DNA of 64,000 bases from Camelus ferus. Lineage: Eukaryota. The DNA is taken from contig NC_045696.1 of the NCBI RefSeq assembly GCF_009834535.1, positions 23,438,001 to 23,502,000 of the forward strand, given 5' to 3'. Of this stretch, positions 1-13,769 are shown piece after piece (positions within the stretch are counted from its first letter, which is position 1; every line of letters begins with the position of its first letter). The translations under genes and the position numbers were made by a program. The notes beneath the pieces are model-generated. The model was given only the letters and a program-made list of their open reading frames with translations. It searched no databases and had not been told where the DNA came from.

Positions 1-1870
1 GACCTGGGCTGATGAAGATTTCACTATTTTGTGATGCCTCGGCATTGGCTATAGCAAGAAAAGAGAGAGAGCTTAGAAAACTCAGAGCTGCTCTTAAGAA
101 AAGCACTTCATTTCTGTTCACAATTCACTGGCAAGCTATGACCCCAACATAAACCTCAAGGGATATTAGGAAATTTTCAAGCAAAGGGGAAATAGTCAAT
201 TCTGGTGAAGACTAGGAATCCATCACCTTCTATTCACTAAATGTTCAGTTCCTTCTTCTTCCCACACATAACACATATCCAGCAACTCACATGGAGACAG
301 TCTGAATCCCATCCAGCCTGTGTCAGAATCTCAAAGTCCAGCGTATCCAGAGAAAGTTCAGTAGTCCTTACCGAGCCCATATGTGCCTTCTCCTGGTCTA
401 TGAATTTAAAAGCCAAGTTTCCTGTCCCTCCACACATACACACACACTCTCTTTCTCTCTCTCTCTAAACAAAGGTGAGAAAGGACAAGGATAATTACAA
501 TAGTACACTCACTTTTAGAGAGGAGATAAATCAGACATAATCAGCATCCCACCTACATCCTGATGTCCTGCCGAGCACACACAGGGACGGCTCCCTACCT
601 GCGTGTGCCTTCAGTATCCATCCTACGGCAGGTTCTCTTTTTTTTTCCACTCTCTCCCTTGACTGTATCTGGAAATAAGTCCCAGGGCCGCACAGCCTCC
701 TCGGGCTCCTTCTTGTTCACGAAAGGTTGTGTGCACAAAGGCCATTTTCAGCTTCGTGCAGTCAAAGGGCCCTTCAGTCCAGGCTTGTGGTTTCTTTGGC
801 AGTACATTTCTCTCAAATACTTAAGAGGCTTCTTCTCTATTTGTTTCCAGTCAGTTCCACATGCCAGTAACCACACCCACACTTTTAAATACCTAGTTCT
901 CAAATCGCCAGTAGCTCTTTGTTTTCTCAACTGCCTGTCTTTTTCTCTCAATTTGATGGTGGCTATCTGAAGCTTATCTGTAATAACAGGTGGGAAGACC
1001 TCATTTTTAAAACTTTTCTGCCTTAAGTGCTGCAATCAACTGAAAGGTTTTGCTGAATGTTACTAAAAGCCTCTGTAAAATCCCTTTGAGCGTAGTTTGG
1101 GTCTAGAAGCAGTTGGCTTTTCCAACACTGCAGGAATCCACATTTCTAGACCCTCCTTGTATCTTCATTTCTGCCTATGAACCAGCCAATTCTTTTCTGA
1201 GTTCATCTTTGTTTTTGTAACTCCTTGCCAAGCACAGTCAACAGCAGTTAGCATACACTACTGTGGTTCTGTTTTCTACTTCTTATCCAGGAGCTGAGAG
1301 TTACCTAGGCATACGATCTGCCTTCCAGGTTCTGACATGCAAGAGTTTCACCAAATGATTTACTGCTATGTTACATGCATTTTCTTTGTCTCCTCCAGGA
1401 TCATTTTTCTGTTTGGCTACTGCCTGTCCACAAGTACATATCAAGTATTTCATTATAATAGAGATCCCATTTCAAAAACTAATTTCTGTGTTGGTGAGAA
1501 CAGATGAGGTTAAACTGTGGTAACAAATTAACCACAGAATCTAAGTGTCTTATCATAACACAGGTTAATGTCTTGTTCACATGAAATGTACAAGTTTCAA
1601 GAGAACTCTTCTCCATATAGTCATTCAGAGAACCAGGCTATCTGTAGCCCCACTGCCTTTCACTCTTCTATTACAATCTGTGGCTCTCATGGTTGCCAGG
1701 TCAAGAGGAACTTACAACCACACTTAAATGCCTCTGACCTGAAGTGACACATGTCACTTCTCACAGTCATATCCGCAGTTAGACACATGGTCCTGCCCTC
1801 ATGGCAGGAGACACTGGGAAATCTTCAAGGAGATTAGGATGTTTAGGAAGGAGAGGAAAACTAAATATTG
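1..1870 (-). mobile_element. MaLR (MLT1-type) element in LTR-internal-LTR form; left LTR cut by the window edge
   Basis: LTR-like segments at ~1-230 and ~1490-1870 share motifs (cacttcatttctgttcacaattcactggc vs catgtcacttctcacagtc; gggatattaggaaa vs gacactgggaaa). The minus-strand ORF 748-1035 (YLKVWVWLLACGTDWKQIEKKPLKYLREMYCQRNHKPGLK) resembles the MaLR internal ORF as I recall it. Confidence 0.7.
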
Positions 1871-2776
1871 TGGGGATTAGTCATTTTTATCCTCCTGTAC
1901 TTTTAATGTTCAGATAAACATGGAAACATAGATAAGCCAGAACAATGCTACTTGATCACCATGATGGAGAAACATTTGTCGAATAAGGTACTGGATCATA
2001 CCATGAGTATAAATGGAAAGCAGGAATTTGATCCATTTCTTCAATTTTGAAAACACCTACTGACTACTAAGGTATACAAGAAAGCTATGTGACAATTTAA
2101 TTAGCTCTTAATGTTTAAAAAAAGTCCTTCAGAACCAATGATAGCACATGGAAAATACATGATTGAACAAAGCAAAATCACTAGCCAAGAACAGTAAGAA
2201 GTGAGTCAGTAAAAACAAAGGAAAATAGAAGAGTAAAACGGAGAATATAAGAGTAAAGACATATAAAACAACCAGGAAAGATTTAAAGTGTTATAAAACA
2301 CAAGGCATTACTTTTAATAAAATAGGTGAGGAGTCCATATAAGGCATTTTCTTATAGGATCAAAGCTTTATTCTAGCTGGGACATCAAGGTTCAGTACAA
2401 ATAGGAGCACCCTAAATGGTTCTCAGAAACAAATGTTTCTTCTAACATCTAAGTCAAGGACGAGAGTCGTAAGCATTTTGGTGAGAAAGTGATGACACAG
2501 ATAATAAAGTGGTCCACCCACCATTCATGGTAAAAAGGATGGCATAAGCCCTTCTAAGTCAAAGGACACTATATTCATCATTCCAGCACCCTACACTCAA
2601 GGGCTTTGAGAGGAGGAGGAAACAGGAGTCCCTTAGAGATGGAAACCATGAGGGCCTGATCAAGCAAGCAAAACACTTGAAATAAAATATCTGCAAAAAC
2701 TATTTCAAGTAGAGTTAAAATTCTTACTCAAATTGATTTTTAAATATTGTTTTTAATTGGCCCTCTAAAACATGAC

Positions 2777-3001
2777 TAGGGGCATGCAAACTCTTTCTAT
2801 AGAGCTGTCAGAGAGTAAATACTTTAGACTGTGATGGCCAAACAATGCTATCCTAACTACTTGCCCCTGCTGTTGTAGCAAGAAAAAGAACAGACAATAT
2901 ATGATATGGAAATGAATGGGCCTGGCTGTGTCTCAGTAAACTGTATTTACAAAAATAAGCAGAGGCTAACTTGTCCTGCAGCCATAGTTTGCCAACCTCT
3001 G
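2777..3001 (+). mobile_element. MER58A-like hAT-Charlie MITE
   Basis: Terminal inverted repeats taggggcatgcaaact ... agtttgccaacctctg, with internal gagagtaaatactttagact and ggctgtgtctcagtaaactgtatttacaaaaa typical of MER58. Confidence 0.8.
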
Positions 3002-3249
3002 CCTTAATAGAAAAAAAGGATAAAAAATGGCAACAAAACTTTGAAATAAACTAGTACCAAAAAAAGTAAAGAAAACAATATTCAACCATATTAGTAACCA
3101 AAGAAATAGGAAGGCAAACAATGAAAGTCTGTTTTTCCCTACAACAGTATGAAGTGAATACCATGATACATCGCTAGAAGGAAGAGCATATTGATATAAA
3201 TTTCACAAACTTTCTGAAGGTCAAATGCATATATGTCAACAGAGAGATG

Positions 3250-3365
3250 GACACACATATACCTGCATCTATTTATCTATCTCTATCCACCTCTATCTAC
3301 ATACATATACAGAGAGAGACAGACAGATAGACACAGACAGACAGAGACAGACAGAGAAACCAGAG
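3250..3365. repeat. Compound microsatellite (TCTA/TACA/GACA/GA)
   Basis: Directly visible degenerate tetra- and dinucleotide arrays. Confidence 0.85.
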
Positions 3366-4189
3366 AATTAGAATTAGGAATTTTTACTATGGATGTTTGA
3401 ATTTTAAAATTCTGCTTAGTCCAAAAGTCATTTATAGATGAATCAGGAACAAGACTACTTCTGGATGGCCATAATAATCATTTACTTAACATATATGCAC
3501 TTTCCTAGCCCCATTATTTACCTAGATAACAGAAAATGGTAGAAGTGGGAAAAGCCCTACAACCTCTCTACTGGCTCCAGGGATTTTTAATGGCAACAGG
3601 AGGTCTCCCACTCAATCTCTTTATCGTCTTCCTTCATCCCATGGATAGAGCAACTTTCTAGAGAAATCATATTAAGCAATAGCCAGAAGCATGTACTTCC
3701 ACAGAACTGTCCATCCACTATGAGGGGTCCTAATATTCCCACCTGTCTATGGATCCACCAATTCTTGCATAAAAATATTTCCCTAGCACCTTTGAACTGT
3801 AAGTATAATAACTACAGTTTTGGGGGTTCTATAAAAATGAAGATTCCACTAAAAAAAAAAAAGTAAAATTTGTTTCTAATATTCTTTCAACAATTGTAAA
3901 TAAATTAAGATAGGTTTATAAAGAGTCTTATACCTAATAAACCCATTTTTTCTTTTTGAAATTATCTTTTTTTCCCTCCCTGATCACAAAATTAACCATG
4001 CTTTACTGTCAAATGTTACAAATTAAAACTAACAAGAAACAGTCACCTATGATGCCAGTAAGTAGAGGTAACTACAAGAGGTACTGTGAGGAATATTCTC
4101 CCACATTTTTATATTCATATGCGTGGCTGTGCTTACCAAAACAGGATCCGTTAAGCTGTTTGTTTTTTTTAATTTGCTCTATTTTACTT

Positions 4190-4860
4190 AAAATAACATA
4201 AACAATTTTAATGTACAGAAATAAAAATGAGCTCATTCACTTTTAGCCACATTGCATTTTACTGTTAAGTATGCACCATAATCATTTATGCAATCTTCTT
4301 CTGATGGACATTTAGGTTGCAATATTATTTTCATTATTGTACATTCTAACATGAACATTTCAGCACACATATTTGAGTGCGTATACCCTATTATTTCCCT
4401 TAGGGAAATTCCCAGAAATGTAATTGTGCACGTTGAAGAGTATCTAAATTTAATATTTTATGTTATATTAATAAATTACCCTATTAAAAAGTTGTAACAA
4501 TTTACTCTTTCTCCCTAAGTGTCCAATATGAATGTGTTTAAATTATGTTATTTCCACAGACTAAAATACTAAGTTGCAAAAATTAATGACACAGCAAATT
4601 ATGCACAGGATTATATCGAGAAAAACAAGATACAAGATTAAGCATATTGCTGTTATGATATGTTACTATATAAATTATAATATATATGTGGAGAGGAATA
4701 TATATATATACATACATGCACATATATGGCAGAAAGTGTCACAATTGAGGGAAAAGGATTAGAGCAAATTTTTAAAATTTCTTTAATACTCTTCTATATT
4801 TGTTCAGTTTCCTAGAATTTCTGCATATTATACTTGGAATCAGAAAAACAATATGCTAAG
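4190..4860. mobile_element. Old L1 (L1ME-like) 3' fragments
   Basis: cttctgatggacatttaggttgc...gaacatt...tttcccttagg...cccagaaatgtaattg is typical antisense L1 3' sequence. Confidence 0.6.
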
Positions 4861-5539
4861 AAAATATTGAAAAACACAAAGCTGAAGAAACAAGTCTTCA
4901 CACATTCTGTAGCTCACCTGATGTTAGACATACAGTTATAAAACAGCAAATCTATAACGTGATCCAATCTGGAATGTTTAAACACACTGGACTAAATACT
5001 TCTGCCCTAAAAAGAACATGTTTTAACTCATGAAAATCTTCGTGCCTCACAACAAACAGGATAAAACCTTTCTCCTCTCCACTGGGAAAACAAATAAGAG
5101 CAAACTGTGAGATCCCTGAAAACAGAGAAAACTATCTCTTCAAACCAGCTTCTAAGCCCCTGGCTGCAGGCATTTTGGAAAGCATTCTGGAGGGGAACAA
5201 CCATTAATAAAGACTCAATACTTACAGTGACCTTTGAGCAATTCCAGATGTAGACATGGAGAATTTTCCACAAATAATAAAGAAGGGTCGGCTACAAGAA
5301 GTGACAGTCCGGAACAGGCTTGCAGGAGGCTAGAATTACATGGGACACAGAAAAGAGACTCAGCAGAAATGAAACAACACAAAAAGAATCCACATCTTTG
5401 ACCAAACATAACCAGGGATTTATCCTTTCATAAGAGTTTTTACCAGTTCCTTAGTGTGGAGGAAATATATGCTGTATTATATTTTCTGGATATGATCATA
5501 ATTTCATCCACTTTATAATACACTTACTCTCCATCCTAT

Positions 5540-5935
5540 TACTATGCTAACTTTTTATACAGAGTAACTCATTTAGCCCTCAGTAATCTCAACTTGGCAG
5601 AGACTGTTATTCACATTTTATAATTAAAAAAATGAGGCCCAGAAATTTAGGTAACTTGGCCAAGATTATGCTTCTTGAAGAGAAGTCAGCAAACTTTTTA
5701 TTAAAGGGCCAGAGAGTAAATATCGCACTTGCCAGTCATAAGGTTTCGGTCACAACTACTCAACCCTGCTGTGTGGCAAAAAGCATGCACAAACAATACT
5801 TCAAGGAGTGAATGTGGCAATGATACACAAATGGGTGTTGGGTCCACTGGCTGTGGTTTGCCAACCCCTGATCTAGAAAAGCAGGAAAGATTCAAACTCA
5901 AATCTATGCCTTTGATAACGAAACTACTGCACAAT
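5540..5935 (-). mobile_element. MIR SINE interrupted by MER58
   Basis: MIR core (cacattttataattaaaaaaatgaggcccagaaatttaggtaacttggccaag) before 5680, resuming after 5870 (gattcaaactcaaatct). Confidence 0.6.
5680..5870 (+). mobile_element. MER58A-like hAT-Charlie MITE
   Basis: TIRs gagaagtcagcaaact ... ggtttgccaacccctg. Degenerate 8-bp TSD ttcttgaa/atctagaa fits the Charlie NTCTAGAN preference. Confidence 0.8.
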
Positions 5936-7183
5936 AGGAAAAAATGAAATAAATGTGGTTCTCTTCCCATAGCGTGGGTTCACTCATTCTCAGATATTCT
6001 TTGGCCTCTCTATACAGTTCTGTTCTAAAGAAACTGTCCAGTTAATAGGAATTGTCACTGATTAGGTGATCAAAAAGACTGGGCTGCCTGGAGAACATAA
6101 GGTAGGCAGCTCCCCTAACACAATGTGGATTTAACACTGACAGGATATATGTGCAGATTTGAAATTTAGGCAGTACTCAACCTTCTAAAATGGAAAAGAA
6201 AAAAGAAGGAGATGAGGTTGGGCTCTTTTTTAATATAGAAATACTTAGTCTAACAAGTCCTATGATCTCTACATTTTTTCTTAATTTCAAAATCATTATC
6301 AATGAATTTGTCTTATAAGCACAATAACATTAGATAATATAGCTATACCCATTTTAAGTTGTTTACAATTCAAAGTTGTGATGAAAGATATTTTAACCAC
6401 GTTTAGTTTTTCTTGTGTTTATAAAGTAGCAATGAAAATTAATCAACAGATTGAGTCAGTGATTTGATTTTTCAGTAGTAGCTCTTCAGCAGAATTTGAC
6501 AGCCACAACCTTGAATGCAGAATGAGTCAAGATTTTTACATAGAATTCCCAAAATAATTGAGAAGTTACAAGTTCTCTGGGCAGGAGAATGAAGAGTGAG
6601 AAAATTCATACTTGTTTTAACGTTACTATGAACCAGTCATGAGACCTTCACCCAATATTTTCTAAATCTGAATCTTCTACAGAAAAACAGTAATTATCTC
6701 ATCTGTTACCATGCCAGGGTTATTGTGAAAGTTACATTAAAAAATTCATAAAGTTATCTTGTAAACTGAAAATACTATATTCATGAAGGCAGTCTTCTAA
6801 GACTTACAATCTATTTTTACAAAGAAAAATATTGTTTCTTCCTTTCATTCACAGATCTATAACCCCTTTCACCAGAAACAGGAAAGAAGAGACCCTGAGT
6901 TCAGAATTTTTGCCAGCCCATCACTGTGTAGAAGCAAAGCAAACTCATAATTCTATTATCATTTTATTTTTAGGACCTTTTAAATTTTTCTTTACCATTA
7001 GTAATCGCCAACATTTTTAAATATTCAATCTATTAGACTCCTAAACATTTTATTTATAATTATCAATGAGTAAAAATTAAAAAAAATAATATTTATAGAA
7101 CACAAGTTATTTGTAATAGGTAGTTTACACAAATGAATTGACTAAAATGTTGGCTAAATTTCTAAAAAACATCATAAGGACAC

Positions 7184-7562
7184 TGTAATGATTATGTTAT
7201 TTTCACAAATATTTGCAAACCATCTCTTGGGAAGGATTATACTTCCCTACTCTACTCAGCCTTGTCATATGACACATGAAAAGTCAGCAGAAGTGATCTT
7301 TATCACTTGCAAGTTAAAATTTTACAAGCCATTATGTAGTTTGCCAGATTCTTTTTTCTCCTGTGCTGTACGACCAGAATATTGCAGATAAAGGCTGCTC
7401 CATCAACGTGGGATCCAGATGAAAACAACATAGAATAGCACTGAGACCAACCCATGAGATTATGCAGAATGAATGAGCAATAAAATTTTATATCTGTTAG
7501 TCCTCCATATTTTATATCACTTGCTATCACAGGATTACCTAGGCTATGCTAAGTGACTGATT
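7184..7562 (+). mobile_element. MLT1 (I/J-like) solo LTR
   Basis: Starts TGT, contains ccttgtcatatgac...gtcagcagaagtga, has AATAAA near 7479 and an MLT1-like 3' end (ttgctatcacaggattacctagg). Confidence 0.65.
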
Positions 7563-10500
7563 AAGAGAATGCAAAAGTCCAGTTATAATCTGTATGCTGA
7601 CACTTAACTAGAATAATTAACATAGAGATGGCAGCAGCATAAAATCTCACTTATTCATAAAGAAAAAAGCATTCCAAAGCTTCCTATGTGTGAACATAGT
7701 TACAACAGGATATAAAACCAAGTTTTATCTGCACTAAACCGCAAGGATATTATAAGAGATTCAAAACCCAAACTAAATCTTAAGTTATTTATAGAATAGG
7801 AAAACATAAAACCAGAGAATCACATCCAGAAACAATGTTGGCCATCATTAGGGATTATCTATAACCCTAGGAAGTGGGCTCTCACTATCTTATTCTATAG
7901 TCATCTTTTTTTCTCTTTTTTAAACCAAGAAACTTCAAAATTATTTTCGAAGAAAAAAGGAATGACTCTCAAAATGCACTGGCAAAATTAAACATTTCCT
8001 AAATCCAAAGACATAATAAATATATTTCTTTACCTAGAAATTGACTCAATATGACACAGGTCATATCAAGATTTCTGATTTTAATAAATTGTGTCTTAAG
8101 AATTTTTCAGCATAAAATCTCTAATATGTGGCTGAACACATGAAACATATGACTTCAGGGATAGCATTAGACATGCTTTGCAATTTCAAGAAATTATCCA
8201 CACAGGATCAGGGATACCCTGCCCTCTACTGTCAGTGATAAAATTTTACACATTAAATAGTTAAATCACTTCACTTAAAATCCAAGTTTCTTTCCCTCTA
8301 CCTTTTGATGTTTAAACGTTCTGTTTCTATTCTACTAGCTGTTTTCTTAGAAAATTTAACATGTATGTTTTCATACTCAGGTTAATCAATCTTTTTATAC
8401 TGCTCCTGAGTAAAGGAACTCAGAATGCTTTAATGCTAGCCAGTCATTCCCCAATTTATTGTCTCTTATTCTTCCGTACTAATTTCTTTTGATTTTTTAC
8501 CCTGTCAAGTAGAAAATAAGTTCTAATTCTAGTAAGTTGTAATAAGTTGTAATTACTTCACATGGAAAATGCTTATTTACAGTCACACAGATACTTTCTA
8601 TTTTATTTGCTCACCATTCCTTCCTGCATCCCAGACCTTCCTTTGAATTCAGTTCATCTTTAGAGCAGGTCTACTGATATGAAATATTCTCCATTTTTGT
8701 CTACAAAAATCATGAGTTTGTACTCGTCCCTTAAAGGTTCAGTGGTGTACAATTCTAGATCAATTACTATTTTTCCTCATTATTTGAGGATAATATTCTC
8801 CTGACTTCCAGCTTCCACTGTTGTTGATACCTCTCATCTTCATATTTTAGTTGGCCTCTGGCTCCAATGAGTAATTTTCCAATAAATTATCCCACAAACA
8901 TACTCAGAGTTTAGTCAAGCTCTTATCAATGCAGAGTTTTGCTGAGAGATCTCAATTTGTCATTGGCTTTCTACTTCACCTGTGTTGTAGGTTTCTCAGT
9001 TCTATTTGGTTTCTCTGTGTATCTGTCATTTCTTATAGTTTCCAGAATTTTCTTACAGTGTGATCTCTAGAAGTTAGCTAAAAATACATGCAGATTTAGT
9101 ATATATGATTTACATCATCTTCATGTCTGTCAATGAAGAGAAAACATATTAATGCATCACCATTTAGTATTTCATGTCATCTTGGTATTCTGGATACGTA
9201 TCAATGGTGGTCTTGTACAGTGATATTCAAAATTGATTAAAATTATATACTTGTATTTGTCAAAAAGATTGGTTATTCAATGTATTGTACTTATATGCAA
9301 ATTGTATCCATGTTCTCTTATAAATCTTAACATTAAGTAGTAGTGAATTGTATTTTTATTTTTAGACAAATAAATTTAAACAGAACATATGGAAAAGATT
9401 TTGCATATATTCAGAAATGCATGTCCCACTTAGTATCATAAGGGGTCTTAGAAGCTCTTACATTGTCAGGCTCTCTGTAGCAGAGCTAGCTCTATTCTTT
9501 GGATCCTCTAGATATTTTCGGAGCCTTTTAAATAACTCAAGATACAAGACTGAAAAATATAACAAAGTATCAATGTTCTTAATTACTAAATATGGCACAA
9601 CTCAAATAACATTATGTCCTAATCAATATACAAATCAAATAGGTGAAATCTTACCATTACTCAGAGTACCCCTCATTAATTAAAAAAATTTTGTTTTATA
9701 CCTATAAAGTCTTAGTGCTATATTAGGTGCAAATGATAGACCAGTGAAAAGATGGACCTGGTCTGAGGTCATACATAGACTGTAAAGCCTCTTACGAGAG
9801 ATAACAAATAAAAACCCAGTACAGTAAAGTACTATGAATGCCACGGTTGGAAGAAAAGTATAAAAGTATAGCACACAAGGTGAGTACTTAACTTCAGAAA
9901 CATTTTGAAAAGACTCAGGCTCTTACGATTTTGTCTTAAGATTATACGCAAGATAGAACCTTGAAAAAACATGTTTTAATTCTTCTCCCTGACAATCACA
10001 TCATAACTCCTTTGTTCTCCCAGTATTATTTGAGATCCAAGATGGCCACTAAAAACAGTTCATAAATAATTAAAATTTATTAAAAACATCAGTGATGATT
10101 TACAAACAAAGCTTGATAAACACAGTTGTAAGTCAATACAATTTCGAAAGGGCACATCATGTGATGGATGAGTTTCCTCAAAGTGCAGATAATTGGAGAT
10201 TTAGTGACTCATCCAAATATATCTGGGTTCTCTGAAACTAAGACAGAGTAAGAACACAGCAACTAAAAATAGGTATGAGATGATATATGAACCAAATATA
10301 GTTTCAAAAGTGTACTGTACCAGTTTAAAATTTAATTTGGTATAACATGATCCAGCACAAATTTAAGGAGCATCACATGATACAAGGTCATAACGACTAA
10401 AGACTCATTAAAATAGAGGTTTTATTTTAAGTACAACAACCCAGTAAGTATCATCTTACAATGAAGTGAAATGACTCATTTTCTTTTTCTTTGTTTTCTC

Positions 10501-12058
10501 TTAACACAAGGAGGGTAAGATAGCAAGGGCTAGTACATATCCATACCCTTAGAGATGTGTAGTGACGTGTCTGGAAGCTCACCAAGTCAGAGTAAAAATA
10601 TAGCTCACCTTCCTGGCACATAAGATTCACCTAATTGTACATAATTGAAACATACAGGCAGATTATGTAGTATAACACTTTTGTAGGAAATTTTGTGATT
10701 GCATACATGACTACATGGTTGACATATTTGTGACGTTCATATCTGGTGGTAGCCTTATCTTGGGGGTACCTGATCACAGCCTATTTGGGTATATTTCAAG
10801 ACACCTGAAACAAGTGTTACTAGAAGGAGCCCTGGACCAGCTCAGAAGGCCCAGAATTGATGGTTCTTCTTCCACTGCATCCATGGCTATCGGTGAGGCC
10901 CTGGACCACTGGGTTTTAAATCACAGTGTCCAAATCCCTAAAATGGGATCTCTGAGGCCCTTCACACTTTCATGTTCTGTGTCCTGTGTGGTTCCTGATG
11001 TTTATTGAGTCTCAAGAGCAAAGGAAGTCCACCTTCCCAAAATCAATTTTTAGTACACCCATGTGATAATGGACCATTATTGCAGCATATGTTCAAGGAA
11101 TATATAAGTCTGGGGGCAACTGGGACTGGTGGACCAGGCCCAATGAGGGATGCACATGTAAAATATCTATACTCAAATTGTCTTGTGTTACTTTGTTCCC
11201 TATTTTTTGCAAAATAAACTTTATTTCATCCCAGACTATAAAGTTTACATTAGGAATTAATCCTGCTACCCCAGACAGTAAGTTCTCAGTAATTTTGTGA
11301 TTAATATCTAAGCCAGCTTTAAAAATTATCAAGTAATTATTTGGGATATAGAGTTTTTATCTACTTTACATCAGACAAAACTCTGAAATGAGTTTCTTAA
11401 ATATAAAAAAGAAATTAAATAATACTTCTCATGTTTCTTCCTATAGCAATTACTGGAAAAGAAAAGTAAAGAAAAGGAAAGAGTGAAACATTTAATACCA
11501 AAATAAGAGTGAGCAACACTCTCATTTTAACACAAAACTGTATCCATCATTTTCATGTTAAACATTTATTTTTAGTAAACTGGTACATGAATTATTGGTA
11601 AGGAAATTTTTCATGAGGAAAAATCTCTTTTAAAATAAATCTTGTGTGTAAGAATATATGAATAAGGAGTTGGAAGGCACCTTCCAGAGGAGAAAACTGC
11701 CTGGGCTTTTAGGTATGAATATAAAAAAAATCTCTCCTCATTTCACCTCTTTTCTGAGAGCCAGATTGTTCTATGAACTGAACCCATTCCAACCTGAATA
11801 TACTTAATATGAATGAACATTATAGCAAAAGTTAACAAGGCCAAATTCTACTACCACAAAAATTTTAAAACAAATAATCACCATAAGGAAAATAGTCATA
11901 AATTCTGGCTTATGGCCCATACTTGGTTGAGTTTTTTAAATATGCTATTCAAAATCATTCCACACAATTTTATCAAGTCCTTAACACTCATTACTCCAGT
12001 GGCTTTTAACTTTTTACTGTGACTTTCAGTAAAAAAATTTATTTTATATCATGGACAA

Positions 12059-12155
12059 GTGTGTATATATATATATACACACACACACACACATATATCT
12101 CTCTTTATATATATAATATATAGTTTATATACATATAAAATTTATATATATATAA
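12059..12155. repeat. (TA)n/(CA)n microsatellite
   Basis: Visible dinucleotide arrays. Confidence 0.9.
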
Positions 12156-13417
12156 AAATACAAAATGGAAAAAAGTTTCATAAAAATACCTACACTTACT
12201 ACACACTATACACTGTGGTATTTTATATTCTCTTCTATTTCCTTTTTAACAATGCTGTTTGACTCTTGGGTTAATTGATTTTGCAACTCAGTACTCTATC
12301 ACTAATCAATGTACAATAGAAAAAAATAAGAGTAAATTATTCTTTCCCAGAAAAGGGAGAAAGAGCAAAAGGACAAAAAGAAAAGGGGTTAGAAAGAGAG
12401 GAAAGAAAAGAATGGATGAACATTATAGAGAAAAGGATTCATAACACTTTGAAAAATGATATGGCCAAAGAGAAGAAAAGTACATCAATTAGAAAAAAAG
12501 AAAAAATTACAGAAACTTCTCAGGGTTGATCTTTAGGGTTTAAACACTTCAGTCTTAAATATTTTCCTCTCAGATATATGAGAACTAACAACTTCACAGA
12601 TTAACCATTCATTAAATGCATGAACTATGTCCAAGCTACAGACTAGACAAAAACCCTTAACAATTTTTTTAATTGTGGCATATTAATTTTTATGTAACGT
12701 GGAGAACTTTTTTATTCACAAATCTTGAAATAAGAATAACATCGATTTCATTAAATAACTCTATCAAGGGCTTTCTTTATAATTTATAAATTTCTACATT
12801 CAACTGGTGCTTAGTTCCTAAGATTAGCCAACAACTGTGCAAAAAGCATAAACTTCAGAGTTGGAAAACCAAGTTTTGTGTTTGAGTCTAGGTTTTTCCA
12901 CTCTGTAAAAAGGACGAAGGACAAAATAAGATAGAAACATTTTGTCAGTCAGATCCCCCCAAAACCATATAGGTAATCTTCAACCAGTCAGAGCACCACT
13001 ATATCTTCTTAATTGTTTAGAGTTAGAAAAATGTTTTTCAGAGAACAGCCCATTTATAACACGAATCTATTTTCTTTTTTTGCCAATCACTCTAAGATCT
13101 TCCCATTTAATTTTCCTACTGCAAAATAATCCATCCAGAAGCTCTGACTTTTTAACTTGTCTGTTACTTTTTCAGATATTCCCTCTTCTGATCTGTGAGG
13201 ATTCAGCAAATATAATCTTAAAATATACCATAATGAAAACAAATGTTTATTATTAGATTATCTTTGAAATTGAATGAATCGGGACACGCTGTTGCAGATA
13301 TATCAGAGAAGTGGTCTTGCTTCTTCTGCTGTTAGGCTGAGACTTAGTTTAAAAAGTCCATGCCCTAACGCCTTTTATTATTTTTGTTATCAATTATTTT
13401 CTAGTTACTTTACCTCT

Positions 13418-13585
13418 GTAGTTCTCAAGGCTAGTTTTAAATTTGAGTCCTCTAGGGAACTTCTGAAAACTAAGTGATAAATTGGAAAGTCTCATTTTTC
13501 TGCCTGAAGGTGGGACTTGGGCATTGATTGTTTTTATGTCCACTGATGATTCTATTGGGCAGAAAAGACTGAGCACCACTTCTTT
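13418..13585. mobile_element. MER5-like hAT MITE
   Basis: gtagttctcaag ... gattct...gactgagcaccact termini typical of MER5. Confidence 0.55.
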
Positions 13586-13769
13586 AGTTTTTCCCACTAA
13601 TCAAAAAGCAGCTAAGAGACTCAAAATTCAAAGGATGCAAATACTGATTTAGTTAAGAGACTTAAAAATTACATTCTTACATTCCACTAAAAGAAAGTTA
13701 TGACCATATCAGAGACATACTGAGAGTAATTATCCTCATTCCTGCATCAGTTATTTTTCCTTTTGAATA

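Noticed and set aside
10092..10235. C-box-like GTGATGA and D-box CTGA suggesting a C/D snoRNA
   Set aside because: No terminal stem and no recognisable guide; these motifs are common by chance.
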